A stretch of 61,584 bases of DNA, filler included, from Sphacelaria rigidula (taxonomy: Eukaryota), in the NCBI GenBank assembly GCA_964200075.2. It is 6 parts of 6 records of this genome, joined end to end, with 100 filler letters (N's around TTAATTAATTAA, not from the genome) between each part and the next. Parts side by side here need not be neighbours in the genome. Positions count along the whole stretch, not along the records: positions 10,283 to 20,463 come from CAXNAA020006978.1; positions 20,564 to 30,744 come from CAXNAA020006979.1; 4 more parts are not named here. One strand, given 5' to 3'. The notes under the pieces were generated by a model. That model saw only the letters and a list, made by a program, of their open reading frames with translations. It was not told the DNA's origin and made no database searches. Both the position numbers and the translations under genes were made by a program. This document shows positions 12,186 to 24,284 of this stretch, one piece after another. Numbering within the stretch: the stretch's first letter is position 1; every line of letters begins with the position of its first letter.

Positions 12186-13737
12186 ACATGGGAGAGGAGC
12201 AAAGTGTAAGTGTCAGTTTTGGGGCGAAATAAGGTGGCCTGGGACGAGGGGAGCCGGAGTCTGTCGCTAAGTTGGTGGCTATCCACCCTCTTCGCGGACC
12301 AGCTCCGTAGTCACCCCAATGACCTTTCCACCACGAGCAATGCCTCGAGTGCTGGAGGAGCTCCAAAAACGGCCCACGAGCAGCCGAGCGAGTGCGATGG
12401 TCACGAGTTATACTCGTGCTCGTCCGATGCATGAACGATTTAGCCGGTGCCTACGGAGCCCGTCAACCAAACAAGCAATCCAACAACATGGCAAACATGA
12501 TTGGGGTGAAACTTCACTTGAATTGCCTTCAGTGAAAGCTGTGCCTCGACAGCTGCTTTCTCGACAACGTAAAAAACTGCAGCGCCACGGAGTCTCCTGG
12601 AACAATAAAGACAATTACGTGACGTACGGACCGGGGAAAGTCTGTTGCAAAAGGTCTGACTGGGTTACACTCACGACGTGAATTTAACGACGCGGCAGCA
12701 GTTGAGCAGCCTCATGACACCGGGACGCCAACATACTTCACTTAGCGTTGATACACAGCCCGCGTCCAGCACCCATCGTACAGTGTTGTGCTGGCTTCAA
12801 CACACCAAGAAATGGATGGTGGTCAGAATGTGAGCCCTAAGCGATAATATTGATACATACGTGACGTGCTATATGCCCTAGTGCAACATACAGCACAAAT
12901 ATGAACCAGGCGTACAGTATGACGCTCAGAGACCTCGAATTCCTCAGCAGGAGCCATGTGCAGCGAAGCCATGTTCCCTGGTCACACACCACCCCTCAAG
13001 ACTGTAGAATGATGATTCAAAAGTGCCCTGCACACATGTGATGATATGTGCCATTTATTCTCCAGATCGCCCACATTCGCTGCGTACTGTACCGGTAGTT
13101 TGCTCAGACACAACGGGGATCAAGTGTGTGAGGCCGACAGCCCGGATATTTGTCATTATCTGAGAGACGGCGGAACGCTTCAAACCGCGGTGCGGTGTCG
13201 ACCTCCATTTATTATTTCTACATCGGCATAAAAGCTTTTGCATTGTCGTAGATGATGACAAATATCGCGGATGTTGGGCAACGATGTTGCACGCGTGACC
13301 CCCATGCCCTGAGGCTAAAATACCGCACGCAGCCTCGGGTACAACACACCGCAATATGTACTGCCATGGGCGCAGTACGGAGCCCAGAGACAAGGGTTCG
13401 CTAGCCAGAGGCATGTGCGGCAACACGGCCGCGCTCAACGTGCTTCTTCTAGCGGTGACCATTTCGACCGCGTGTTCAACGCTCAACACAGTCCACTTGG
13501 ATGGTAAAATCTCCACCCACACGTTGCCAACTGAAACGGTTCAACTTGCGCGGATCAGTCAAGATACAACGCTACCAAGGCCACGAGTGCGGATGTGATA
13601 TACCCTCGTTGTGAACTTATAATCTGAGGTGAAGTCTAAAACACGGCCATCAAGTATCACACTATTTACTGACGTCAAGAGTACAGATTTCGGCCGGCGC
13701 AGTCATTTATACCCCTACGGGCGGATTCACAGGGTCT

Positions 13738-15322
13738 ACCCCCAAAGTAGAACCAGTTCTGCAACACGCTTGAGCAGACCCGCCGGTCTAACCAACACAT
13801 TTTCGAATTCACCCCCCGTCGAGAGAGCCCACACGCAGTTCACGCACGGCACACGGTACGAAACGCACACGGACGGCACCATAGCCCACACACAAATGTA
13901 GAGACGAACCGCCGACAGCGAGTGGGAAAAGCAGCAGCAGCAGCCGTTCACATTGATCAAATACCCTTAGCAGGCAGCCGACCGAGCTACTTTTGTACAT
14001 ATTTCATGCTCGGTAGAGATATCATCTACAGGCAACTGTAGTACGGTACCGCGGAACGGTTCAATACAGACAGGAGAGTAGTAACGCACGGTGCGGTAGT
14101 ACTGTGAAATGCATACTGTAGTGTGTGGTGCACTGAGCCCTGAGCACTGCGAACTGTACCGTCTACATAGATGTCGCGCTGGTGCCGTGGTACGGGAATT
14201 CAAGAATACTGCTGTCCCTTGCTCTCGTGTTTCCGGCGACCTCGCAAGTCCCCACACACTCCGGGTGATGTGTAGGGGGGGGGGGTTGACATCAAGACAC
14301 ATATGTTGGTGTGTAGTATGGACTTGTACCTCCTCAAGAAAAAGGGTTCCCCACTCACAGCACCGAAACGTTCCGTGTCAATGCACGGTGCAACCAGCCA
14401 GGTGGTCGCCCCTTCCCGCCGCCACCCGCAAAATGATTGAATGAAAGACGGAGACAACGGCAAACACACTCTGGCCTTGTACAAGTAGTAGGTACGAAGT
14501 GCAAAACAAGGAGCAGTCCGATATTATTTAGGATCAAATTATCTTCTATTTATGACGAGCACACATCGATCGGAGCGTATGTGGTGTAATGCGTGAGAAG
14601 ACAGCGTGCTTAGAGAACCGCATCGGAGTTTGAGCGTCCCTATTGTTAGGGTTAGGGTGAGGGTTGGGGTTAGGGTTGGGGTTGAGGTCAGGGGCGTGGT
14701 CCCTGCAGGGACTGATCCGATTGGATTTTCAAAACGTCGATCCTGAGGTGTTTTGGACAACGATGCGGCCCTCTAAGCTCGCGGTCCTCTCACGCATTAC
14801 ATGTGGGACCGGCGAGGTCGCCGGGAACACGACAGCGAAAAATAGCAGCAGCCTTAAACGCCCGTTTCACGGCACTAGCGCAACATCTATGTAGACGGTA
14901 CAGTTCGTAGTGCTCAGGGCTCAGTACACCACACGCTACAGTAAATGCAATGATCAATATTTACAGTACTACCGCACCGTGCGTTACCTCTATCCTGTCT
15001 GTACTGAACCGTGCCGTCTGTACTGAACCGTGCCGCGGTACGGTACTATCTGTAGATATTGAACAGGTACAAGAGTTCCTGGGTCGGCTGCCTCCGAAGC
15101 GTGTGTGATAATGTGAACGGCTGCCATTGCTTTTTCCACTCGCTGATGGCGGTTCGTCTCTACATGTGTGTGAGGGTTATGGTGCTGTTCGTGTGTGTGT
15201 TGTACCGTGTACCGTGCGTGAACTGTGCGCGATCTCTCTCTTGCGGGGGTGGATTCAAAAATGTGTCGGTTGGACCGGCGGGTCTGCTCAAACTTGCTAC
15301 GGAACTGGTCCTACTTTGGGCG
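13738..15322. repeat. Long imperfect inverted repeat, arms ~13738-14275 and ~14562-15322
   Basis: gagcagacccgccggtc (13772) / gaccggcgggtctgctc (15273); gaactgtaccgtctacatagatgt (14151) / acatctatgtagacggtacagttc (14883); ccggcgacctcgc / gcgaggtcgccgg. Confidence 0.85.
14585..14801. mobile_element. TG..CA MITE carrying telomeric TTAGGG-type repeats, 5-bp TSD
   Basis: TIR tgtaatgcgtgaga...tctcacgcattaca (~38 bp imperfect); TSD tgtgg on both sides; internal gttagggttagggtgagggttggggttagggttgggg; second copy at 46796-46994. Confidence 0.9.
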
Positions 15323-17674
15323 GGAGTACTGGTGTGATTGCTTGTTGAGAATGAGGAAGCACATGATGACTGGTGTATCTGAATCGTTCTGGGGGCGATT
15401 GCAGGTTGTTGTGGTGTAGTTTCTGGTCACGTATGTGCTGCTTCTTGCGCATGAAGCATGCAGTGAAGCGAATATGATCGTGTTGGGTTTGCTGGGGGAA
15501 ATGCCGGCGTACACGCGGATGATTGGTATCTCTGTGTTGTGCTGCTCTGGTTAGCACGCATGATACATGGTTCACGCAAAGAAGCTGATGAGTAAAATAT
15601 TAGCATGTATGTGTGGATTTTTCGCTTGAATGTTACTAATGTGCATGGTGCCTGGTGACAAGTCAGGGTGAGGCAGTTTTCGAAATACTGCTGTAATCCG
15701 AATAACGTTCAGCTCGTATAATCTTCGCGCAGGAACATAGTGGAATCATTTTTGTGCGGTTTGCACGTACTGACTGTAGAGGGTGGTGATTGCTGCCGTT
15801 GGCGTGAAAATGAGCAGAAACTGCGACACGAAATGCGTAGGCTTGTACGTGAGCAGGTTTAGCGCGAGTGCTTGAAGTGGTTGAAGATAGAGAAATTATG
15901 CGCGAAAACAGTCATCTTTGACTGTGGCACGTCTTTTGATGGCTTGCTACGTGTTTGGACGAGCACATGGACGCTGTTTCGCTTCTGACTGGGAGGGGCA
16001 TGTGGATGGTGTGCCCATTTGTTTGGAAGGAGCACCTTTCCCTGTTCTCAGCTGCGTCAGTTGGGACTAAGTCAAAAAGTGCGGGCACATTTGCTGGCAA
16101 AGTACGGTATTAAGCTTCGAGTGAAAGCTAATATCGAAGGCTACTGGTCCAGATGGTATTATGCCCGGTGTGTGTGCTTTTAGGAAGTATATTATGCACG
16201 GAAATTACCGTTGACTGAAATATTGACTCCATTGACTGAAATATTGAGTACCGATATTCAGAGTTGTGGAACATGACATTACGTGGTCGTATGTCACCAA
16301 CCGGCGGACAAAGGTAGAATGAACGTGATAGTCGGTATCCACTGTTTGTCAAACGCACTTTCTACTTCGAGTAGTGCGGAGTTTCGGGGGTGCTGCGAAG
16401 TAGCTCCTACAGATGCATGATGAGCTGCAGGTTGATACAGGACATTTGAATATCACCTTCACATTATGATATTGGGTCATGGGACATTCTCTGGGGTATG
16501 AATATGACTGCTTGACAAATGAGTATTATAGTGTTCACGGAAGTGCAATGATCACCTCCGACAACGAAGACTGTGTGCTTGTGAATAACATCTCTCTTGA
16601 AGTCTCCAAGCTCTAGTGAAGGAGGAGGCCCTTTGAGCAGTCTTTTTTATCTTATTCTGAGTGCAGAAGGGGTCTACACCGAGGGATTTCGGGGAACGAG
16701 GATATCCTCTACACTACCGTGACATGCATGGGAGGCAACTATAGGACCAGTATAGTACACACGTAGACTACATGTGGTGGTGAAAACATACCAGCCCGAC
16801 TTACATTGCCAAATGGTGCTTGGTCGTGGAAAGGACACGTGGCAGGATGAAACATGTCAAATCATATGTACCCGGGTTTGCACCACTCCTCCCAACGCGT
16901 GAGGAGGCTGCTTTCAACTTTTGGGCTACCGAACAGCGTTAGTAGAAGTTGTTCTATACGCACAGAACACTAGTACACGTTTGGGAAAACCATCCTGAAC
17001 TCCCACGTACCTGACAAGTTTTCCGGATAGCTGATATGTCATGATCTCATTCTACCCACCAGTCAGAAATAGAACAAGGACACCATGTTTTCTCAGCAGC
17101 GCTTCACGTGATCCTCGAAAGCCAGTTATTTTTATATTTGTATTCAAATTGAAATGTGTACATGCGCAGAGAAAAATAAAATATTTGCCGAATCTCGACA
17201 CACGCGCGCGCATGGCGTCCAGTAGTACGTATTTGATTACGTTGATACGCATGCGCGTAATAGTTCCAATAAAATTACAAGCTGATAACGATCAGTTATT
17301 GTCGCAAAATAAAGAACCATACCGTTTTAGTTGCCACTTGATCTGCAAGTAGGTATTCATTATTTGTGGAACCAGTCTTACGGAGGAATTCGGGTACTAC
17401 TCCTATCGTGTCTCACGATGCAGATGGTTACATACTTCCTCACACCGGTCAAAAGTGTCCTGTCAGGGAAGTGCTCCAAGTTGAGCGGGACGCAAGATAG
17501 GTGTGAGGCACGATTACGTTCAGAGCAGTACACTTTGGACCTTTTGGATGGGTATATCAAAGCTGTAAACATTCTAGGCAGCGCAAAAAGTATGATCGGC
17601 ACGGTAGACATCGTTCTTGCTAGTCCTGTTCTGAAGAAAACATGTCTTGACCTCAAAAATATCTGGAAAACGTT

Positions 17675-18518
17675 CGAGGGTAGGTCGAGTAGAGTATGTA
17701 CTTTTGAGAGTACTCGAGTAAAATACTCGCGTATTTACTCTACTCGACGTTTGAGTAGGTCAAGTACGGCCTCAAATACTCTACTCAAATCTTGAGTAGG
17801 TCGAGTACGGCCTCAAATACTCTACTCAAATCTTGAGTCGGTCGAGTACGACCTAAAATACTCTACTCAAATATCGAGTAAGCACTCTCAGTAATACTCG
17901 AGTATAGAGTATCATTTGAGTATGACCTCAATACTCTACTCAAATTTCGAGTACGTTGAGTACGGACTCAAATACTCTACTCAAATCTTGCGTAGGTTGA
18001 GTATGGTCTCAACTACTCTAATCGAAATTTCGAGTAGGTTGAGTATGGTCTCAAAACCACTACTCAAAATTTGAGTAGATCGAGTACGAGCTCCGATACT
18101 CTACTCAAATATTGAGTAAGCACTCTCAGTAATACTTGAGTATAAAGTATTACTTGAGTATGACCTCAATACTCAAATTTTGAGCACGTTGAGTACGGCC
18201 TCAAATACTGTACTCAATTCTTGAGTACGTTGAGTAAGGCCTCCAATACAGAATTTTTGAGTAGGTCAAGTACGACCTCGAATACTCTACTCAAATTTTG
18301 AGTAAGCGCTCTCAGTAATACTTGAGTATAGAGTATCACTTGCGTATAACCTCTCTAATCAAATTTTGAGTAGATTGAGTATGATCATAAATACTCTACT
18401 CGAATCATTGAGTAGGTTGAGTACGACGTCAAATATACTCTACTCAAACTTTGAGTACTAACAGTATGACTCTTCCAAAATACTGAGTATTGAGTATACT
18501 CTACTCGACCTACCCTTG
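17675..18518. mobile_element. Non-autonomous hAT-type element filled with GAGTA/TACTC tandem array
   Basis: TIR c(g/a)agggtaggtcgagtagagtat / atactctactcgacctacccttg; flanks aaaacgtt / caaacgtt (8-bp TSD, 7/8); internal ~41-bp unit ttgagtaggtcgagtacggcctcaaatactctactcaaatc. Confidence 0.85.
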
Positions 18519-20175
18519 CAAACGTTCACACCCTGGACAATACAGTATGTTATATATATATATTGCCCGCTCAATATATCGACGCGTCGGGTGCTCAGCA
18601 TGTATTGGACAAGTGATATAATGACACGAGAGACAGGTCAGTCAATATATTTTGTGTTTTCAATATGTCACGGCTCGCCACATGCAATAAATACCGACCG
18701 AAAAATACATCACGAAACGCGCCAACTCGACATATATTGGCGGAGTAATATCTCGGTGCGGTAAGGCGCCATCATATATTTGTCAAGTAATATATTGGCT
18801 GCCACACGAGCAGAATATATCTTGACAATTCAATAAACTCAACGCCCGAAGCGTCGATATATATATATATATGTACATATATATATTAATCATACGCATA
18901 ATAAATATTGCCGCCTCAATATGTCTGCGTCAATGTGTCCAATATATAATGGGCGAAAAATACACGAGGGAACCAATCGTCACAACATACCTTTCGGGAA
19001 GAGTATAGAAGTTAGTATGGTGGGCAGTTTTATGTTCGCGGGCGCCACTGAAAGATGTATCACCAGATGTCGAAAACGCTCAATAGCTTCCTCCGCGAGC
19101 GTGTCCAATATGCATTGGCTGCACAATAGTTATGCGATGAGTGTGCGCAAAACATACTGGAGAAACAATACTTTTGCATGGTTTGTGTCCAATATATCTT
19201 ACGCCAACAAATAAGTTACGCATGGCTTCGACTCAACATACATTGACACCCAAATACATGCACGGCCGGCGTGAACAACTTTCATGAAATGTTTTGCTCC
19301 CGTAGCAAACGCATGCCCAATGTATATTGTCATGCAGTGTTTCACGATCATACACGCGGAATACATGTTGTTGCTTCAATGTCTCCGAGGTCACCCCAAC
19401 TCGATATATCTCGAAATGAAAACATTTATTTGCGCTGTCTCCAATGTAAATAATTGGTGTCATCTTGGAAATATTTTGCATTGTCCAGGGTATAAGGGAC
19501 ACAGCACGAGTGACCGGAGGGGTACCAGAAGGCGTATATCGATCCGCTTTTCCGCCGTCGTGCCGTTAACCCCGATACATTACATACTATGAAGGGGATG
19601 GGCGGCACCACACCGGTGGAAAGATGGGTGTCACAAGGCATATATACTGGGTCGCCTCTTCTGTCACCATTTCTTCCGGTCAAAATATATGTATCAAACT
19701 CATTCGACCACTCGTCGTAGCTATGCACACGAACGTTTGCGGGTTCCTTTCAAGCTTTTCCTAATCTGCACGGGCTCTGGCATCCATCGCACCCGGATCT
19801 CTTTCGAGGCGTACACCGAACTTCTAATATCGCATGGCCTCCGAGGTTGGCGGAATCCTGCAGGGCCAATGTCCCGGCAGGACCGCGATTTTGGCGAATG
19901 CCGTCTTGACAGTCTCCGGTACACGGGATGTTGCCGCAAGCGGTTGACGCGGCAAGACTGCACAGTCATTGTTCCTCGACCCCTACGAGATCGTCCAACT
20001 GCCCCCATCGTCTGGCCTTGTCGAACCACAGGAGTTTATAGTGAAAGATATCGGAACTGTGAGTTTGGAATATCTTCAACGTTCCTGGTTTGGTTGCCGG
20101 CCCTGCGTCATGGCACTGTTTCAATAAAAAGTGATGCCGATTCATCAGCCAACGTGATCCAACAGCAAAAGCGTC

Positions 20176-20463
20176 CACACGTAGGACAGCTCATGAGCTA
20201 GCTCATCTGGGAGCGGTAGCTCACTTGTAGTCAAACATGTACATGTGAGCTACGTCCGATAGCTCAACACAAGGCGAACGTGCGCTGATGAGCTACGAGT
20301 TGGTAGGTCACCCAGGAAAAACATGTGTAGCTCACGCAGCTCTCATAGCTCACCCAGGGCTAATATTAGCTGATGAGCTACGGGTTGGTAGCTCAAGGCA
20401 AACGTGCGTAGCTCATGCAGCTCTCATAGCTCACCCAGGACGAATCTGAGCTGATGAGCTACG
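20176..20463. mobile_element. GAGCTA-array hAT-type element, truncated by contig end
   Basis: Begins cacacgtaggacagctcatgagctagctcatctg, the reverse complement of the 60460-60541 end of the complete copy. Confidence 0.85.
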
Positions 20464-20563
20464 NNNNNNNNNNNNNNNNNNNNNNNNNNNNNNNNNNNNN
20501 NNNNNNNTTAATTAATTAANNNNNNNNNNNNNNNNNNNNNNNNNNNNNNNNNNNNNNNNNNNN
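20464..20563. other. Artificial contig linker
   Basis: N44-TTAATTAATTAA-N44. Confidence 0.97.
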
Positions 20564-20626
20564 AAGCGAATGATCAAGGCCACTCTCAATCGTATCATCT
20601 ACTCTCAATCTCACGAAAACACTGTT
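20564..20626. mobile_element. End fragment of the AAC..GTT MITE seen at 44416-44715
   Basis: aagcgaatgatcaaggccactctcaatcgtatcatctactctcaatctcacgaaaacactgtt matches the reverse complement of 44416-44477. Confidence 0.75.
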
Positions 20627-21316
20627 TTATGAGAATCCTACAACTTTACATTAACCCGACAGAGACAGAAGCTCCGCTAACAATATTAGAACAGTCGCAA
20701 TCCTCTGAGGATGCGGAAGTTGTACTGATATTTACCCAATATGAGCGACTATCGAAATAAGAGATCAATAACAAATCTGTTGTTCTAACAAGAGGCCCCG
20801 TTAGGGTTTGAATTTGGTGAACCTGTGCATCGTCGCGCCCTTACTCGCTTCCTCAGCGTCTCTATCTAGGCAATGACAGCCATCAGTTTGGGGGCTGTCG
20901 GCTACAATAAAAGCCACCCCTGAGTTCTTGTATACGATCGCCACCGAAGTACCTTCTCTCACCCGACGGGGTGCTACGAGCCCCCAAAGACTAAAAAGGC
21001 GACTGCGCGTTCGGTGTATGCGGATGTACACAGAGGTTTTTCACGGAGTCTGCGATCTGACCAAAATATACGCTGGTCTAAAGTACACGTTGCATGCCCA
21101 CAAACAAAGCTGGGTTTAGATGATAAACTCAGATCGAGAGAGTGGGTTGCTGTAGTGTTGATGCGGTGTGCCATGACCAACATTCTCATCATCTACAAGT
21201 CCCCACACATCACGATGATTGGAGTCAGCTTTCGAACACAGTGGAGCGACACACTTACGGGAGGAACACACCAAGGTCTGGATCATTGCGTAAACCGTGA
21301 TCGACCTGATGCTTTC

Positions 21317-21764
21317 AACACGGGATCTTATAAATTGGGGATGGATCATTTATTGGGGATGAGAAACCCCGAGGATTAAAATCTTCGTATCCGCAACAAA
21401 TATTCGAAATATGGTTCCCTTTCTTCACCTACTGATAGCTATTGAAAACTGCTACACGCCATAGAAATTTGGATTTCGATCACCGAAATTGTAGGGTCCT
21501 AGGTGAAAAACACAATTTCGGAACCATTTTGGCGTCCGCTCGGACACCCGGAATTTCACAAAGTTGGTTTCTCAACTAGGACCCCAAAATTCCGGTGATC
21601 GAAATCCAAACTTCTATGGCGTGTAGCAGTTGTCAATAGCTATCGGTAGGTGAAAAAAGGGAACCATATTTCGAATGTTTGGTGCGGATACGAAGATTTT
21701 AATCCTCCGGGTTTCTCATCCCCAATAATAAATGATCCATCCACGATTTGTAAGATCTCGTGTT
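21317..21764. mobile_element. Foldback MITE with ~200-bp TIRs and 4-bp TSD
   Basis: aacacgggatcttataaatt...gtcctag mirrored by ctaggacc...gatttgtaagatctcgtgtt; tttc on both flanks. Confidence 0.9.
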
Positions 21765-24284
21765 TTTCGGTGGTGACGGAGGCCACGTGTTCACATCGCT
21801 CGTTACACGACCGGAGATTCGAGCACATCCAGTTTCACTCGTGGTCCATTTATTCCGAAATATGCCATGCCCAACACTTGGTGCGCTCTCCCACAAGTCA
21901 GGAGTTCGGTACGTTCCGTACAGTGCGAGACTCAAATCATGGTTCGTTGGCTGTCCTGGGCTGCGACAATGGCTCCTATGGCTTATGGGTGTGAAACACG
22001 GAGTCATCGCGATGTTGGCCAACTGAATTCATGATGAAGTCATCCAACCCAGAGCAGAAACATCAGATTCTGTTCGACGAGGTGGACAAATATGCGCCGT
22101 GGGTTATGCCTAATTCTCTTTGAACGATATACAACCCAAAGCTCTACCCTCAATTCTAATCCCAAGACGCTATATCTCAATTCCTTCCACTTCAGGATTC
22201 GCAAATTCGACCCGTCATCGCCGCATCGGACCCTCTGACCGCAAGGGCGAGTCCTCTGCGTCTTGCGTCCACTTTTCTACCTGAAAATGATTGCGATTCA
22301 ACAGACACGTGTCCCACCGTGACGGTCGGAGGGTTCACCTAGGCTGACAAAAATAAATAAATGTTGATAATATCAGGCCAACACAAAAGTCGGCGAACGA
22401 CACTCAATTTGAAAAGAAAAACAAACAAAATTCAAAGCTAGACATCACGCGTCGGGAAGACGCACTGCCGTCGATGGCGGACGTAGCAGACCTCAAGACT
22501 TTCAATACAGTACCAACACACGAAGGACAAAACAATCTGTAAATGTGCTGGCCGTCACAGACACCAATCAAACGTTGGGTACATTGCCACCATCACCTGT
22601 ACCACATTATACTACACTTGTCATAACCCACGATTCACGACGATTCATCCACTGCAGTAGTTGTATTGTTCGGTACTTAAAATGCACGCGCTACTACATG
22701 AAATACGAGTTTATTTTCCAACCGAAGGCACACATGCAATCCTGATCCCTGCATGCGATGCCTGATCTCAGGCGTACTCTCCAGTGCCCCACCGAAGATA
22801 TCAATTAGCCAACCAACACCGACGAGTGCATCGCATTTGAAATCGTCGGTTTGGCGAGGGTATCATACCAAAACGGAGACGCCACCACTTGAGGACCCGG
22901 CAGGCATGAGCTTGAGGACTAATTGTGATGCCTCAATAAGGACCCGACACTAAAACCTACATAGTGGTTGTTGGTAGCCTACAGAAGAACCTAGACCTTG
23001 AACCTCAAGCCAAATAAACTTCTGAAGTGGTGGTGCAGCTTGTATGTACGAAGGTTCGCCATGTTCAAAGCCCGCCGACGCAAAGCTCCTCTGTCTCACG
23101 CGCGCGTCGGCTCTGACGTTGCGTACGCGTGATGTATAATTTCCCTTCACACGTTGCTCTACAAGGACCAACTATTGAAAATATTGAAGATGCGCCGTGG
23201 CTGCGCATGAGTGCTTTAGCAGCACAAGAAAAATATTGTCAAAGTACAGTAACCCCAAGATGAAACTGTAAACACCACCCCATTACATGATCCTAAAATT
23301 TGCCGCAATTGCCGAGTGTCTAGCGCTGCATTCGCTAGATATGCACGCGCCGCGGACTACCTGCCGTGGCTGAGACGTAACACCAAACTATACCCGAAAG
23401 TGTACCTGGACAAATATTTCGCAATGAGGAACAAGAAAGCCAAATATGCATACCCGAAAGTATCCCGTCGGGCTTGCCACATCACCACCTGTGTTGGGAA
23501 ACCATGACCCACCCCAAACTTTGCACACGTCAACGCTACGCAACAGATGACTCATACTCCTTACAAGCGGCTATATCGAACATCGACATGCGTGACCAAT
23601 ATGCGGGTTTCACAACCGTGGAGAGTAGTCTGTAGTCTTCGTAATTGAAATGATATTTTGTGGGTAATATATATCTCTGTATATATGCACAATGCCACAA
23701 TACTCTGCTGCAATCACGAAGGCAGCTCGGCCTAACGTCAAGCAGCAATGCGAGGTTTGCGACGTTTTACACACTACATCTATTTGACATCACTGCAAGC
23801 TTCGCGGGCGGATTGGTAACCCGTTCCAAAATGAAACTTATCACACAAGATTCGAGGGATCAAACCAGAAGGCAATCAGGTTCTGATCCATGACAGACAA
23901 CGATGCACCATAAAGTGAAAACCAGACGCGTACATAAACTATGGCGCGTGCTACTTTCCCGTGCTCTAGGCCAACGTACGATATTTCAAGGCCGTGAGGT
24001 ATATAGCATGGAGAAAGCAGAAGGCGATAACCCTTGCAAGGTGCCATTCAACATGATGGGATCCATCAGATTGTAGGTCTGAGATTCTGGAGAGTGAGAT
24101 TCACATTCTTCACAACAACCATCAGAACGGTGAAATTCTCGCAAAATGTAAAAAACGTTGCCCTAAGATTGAGGTTGCCATTCTGTCAACGCACTCAAGC
24201 CTACACCGGGACCGGGAGAGTATTGCAGAGTACTGTTTGTGGTGGAGAGAGCTCTCACAATTCGCCAAATGTCATAACTACCAA

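Noticed and set aside
17700..18500. CRISPR-like appearance of the palindromic arrays (also 59120-60540)
   Set aside because: No unique spacers, the units are degenerate tandem copies, no cas genes are present, and the arrays are bounded by TIRs and TSDs in eukaryotic DNA.
20285..20463. CTGATGAG followed by a stem in the GAGCTA array as a hammerhead core
   Set aside because: The stem is followed by TCA, not the required GAAA.
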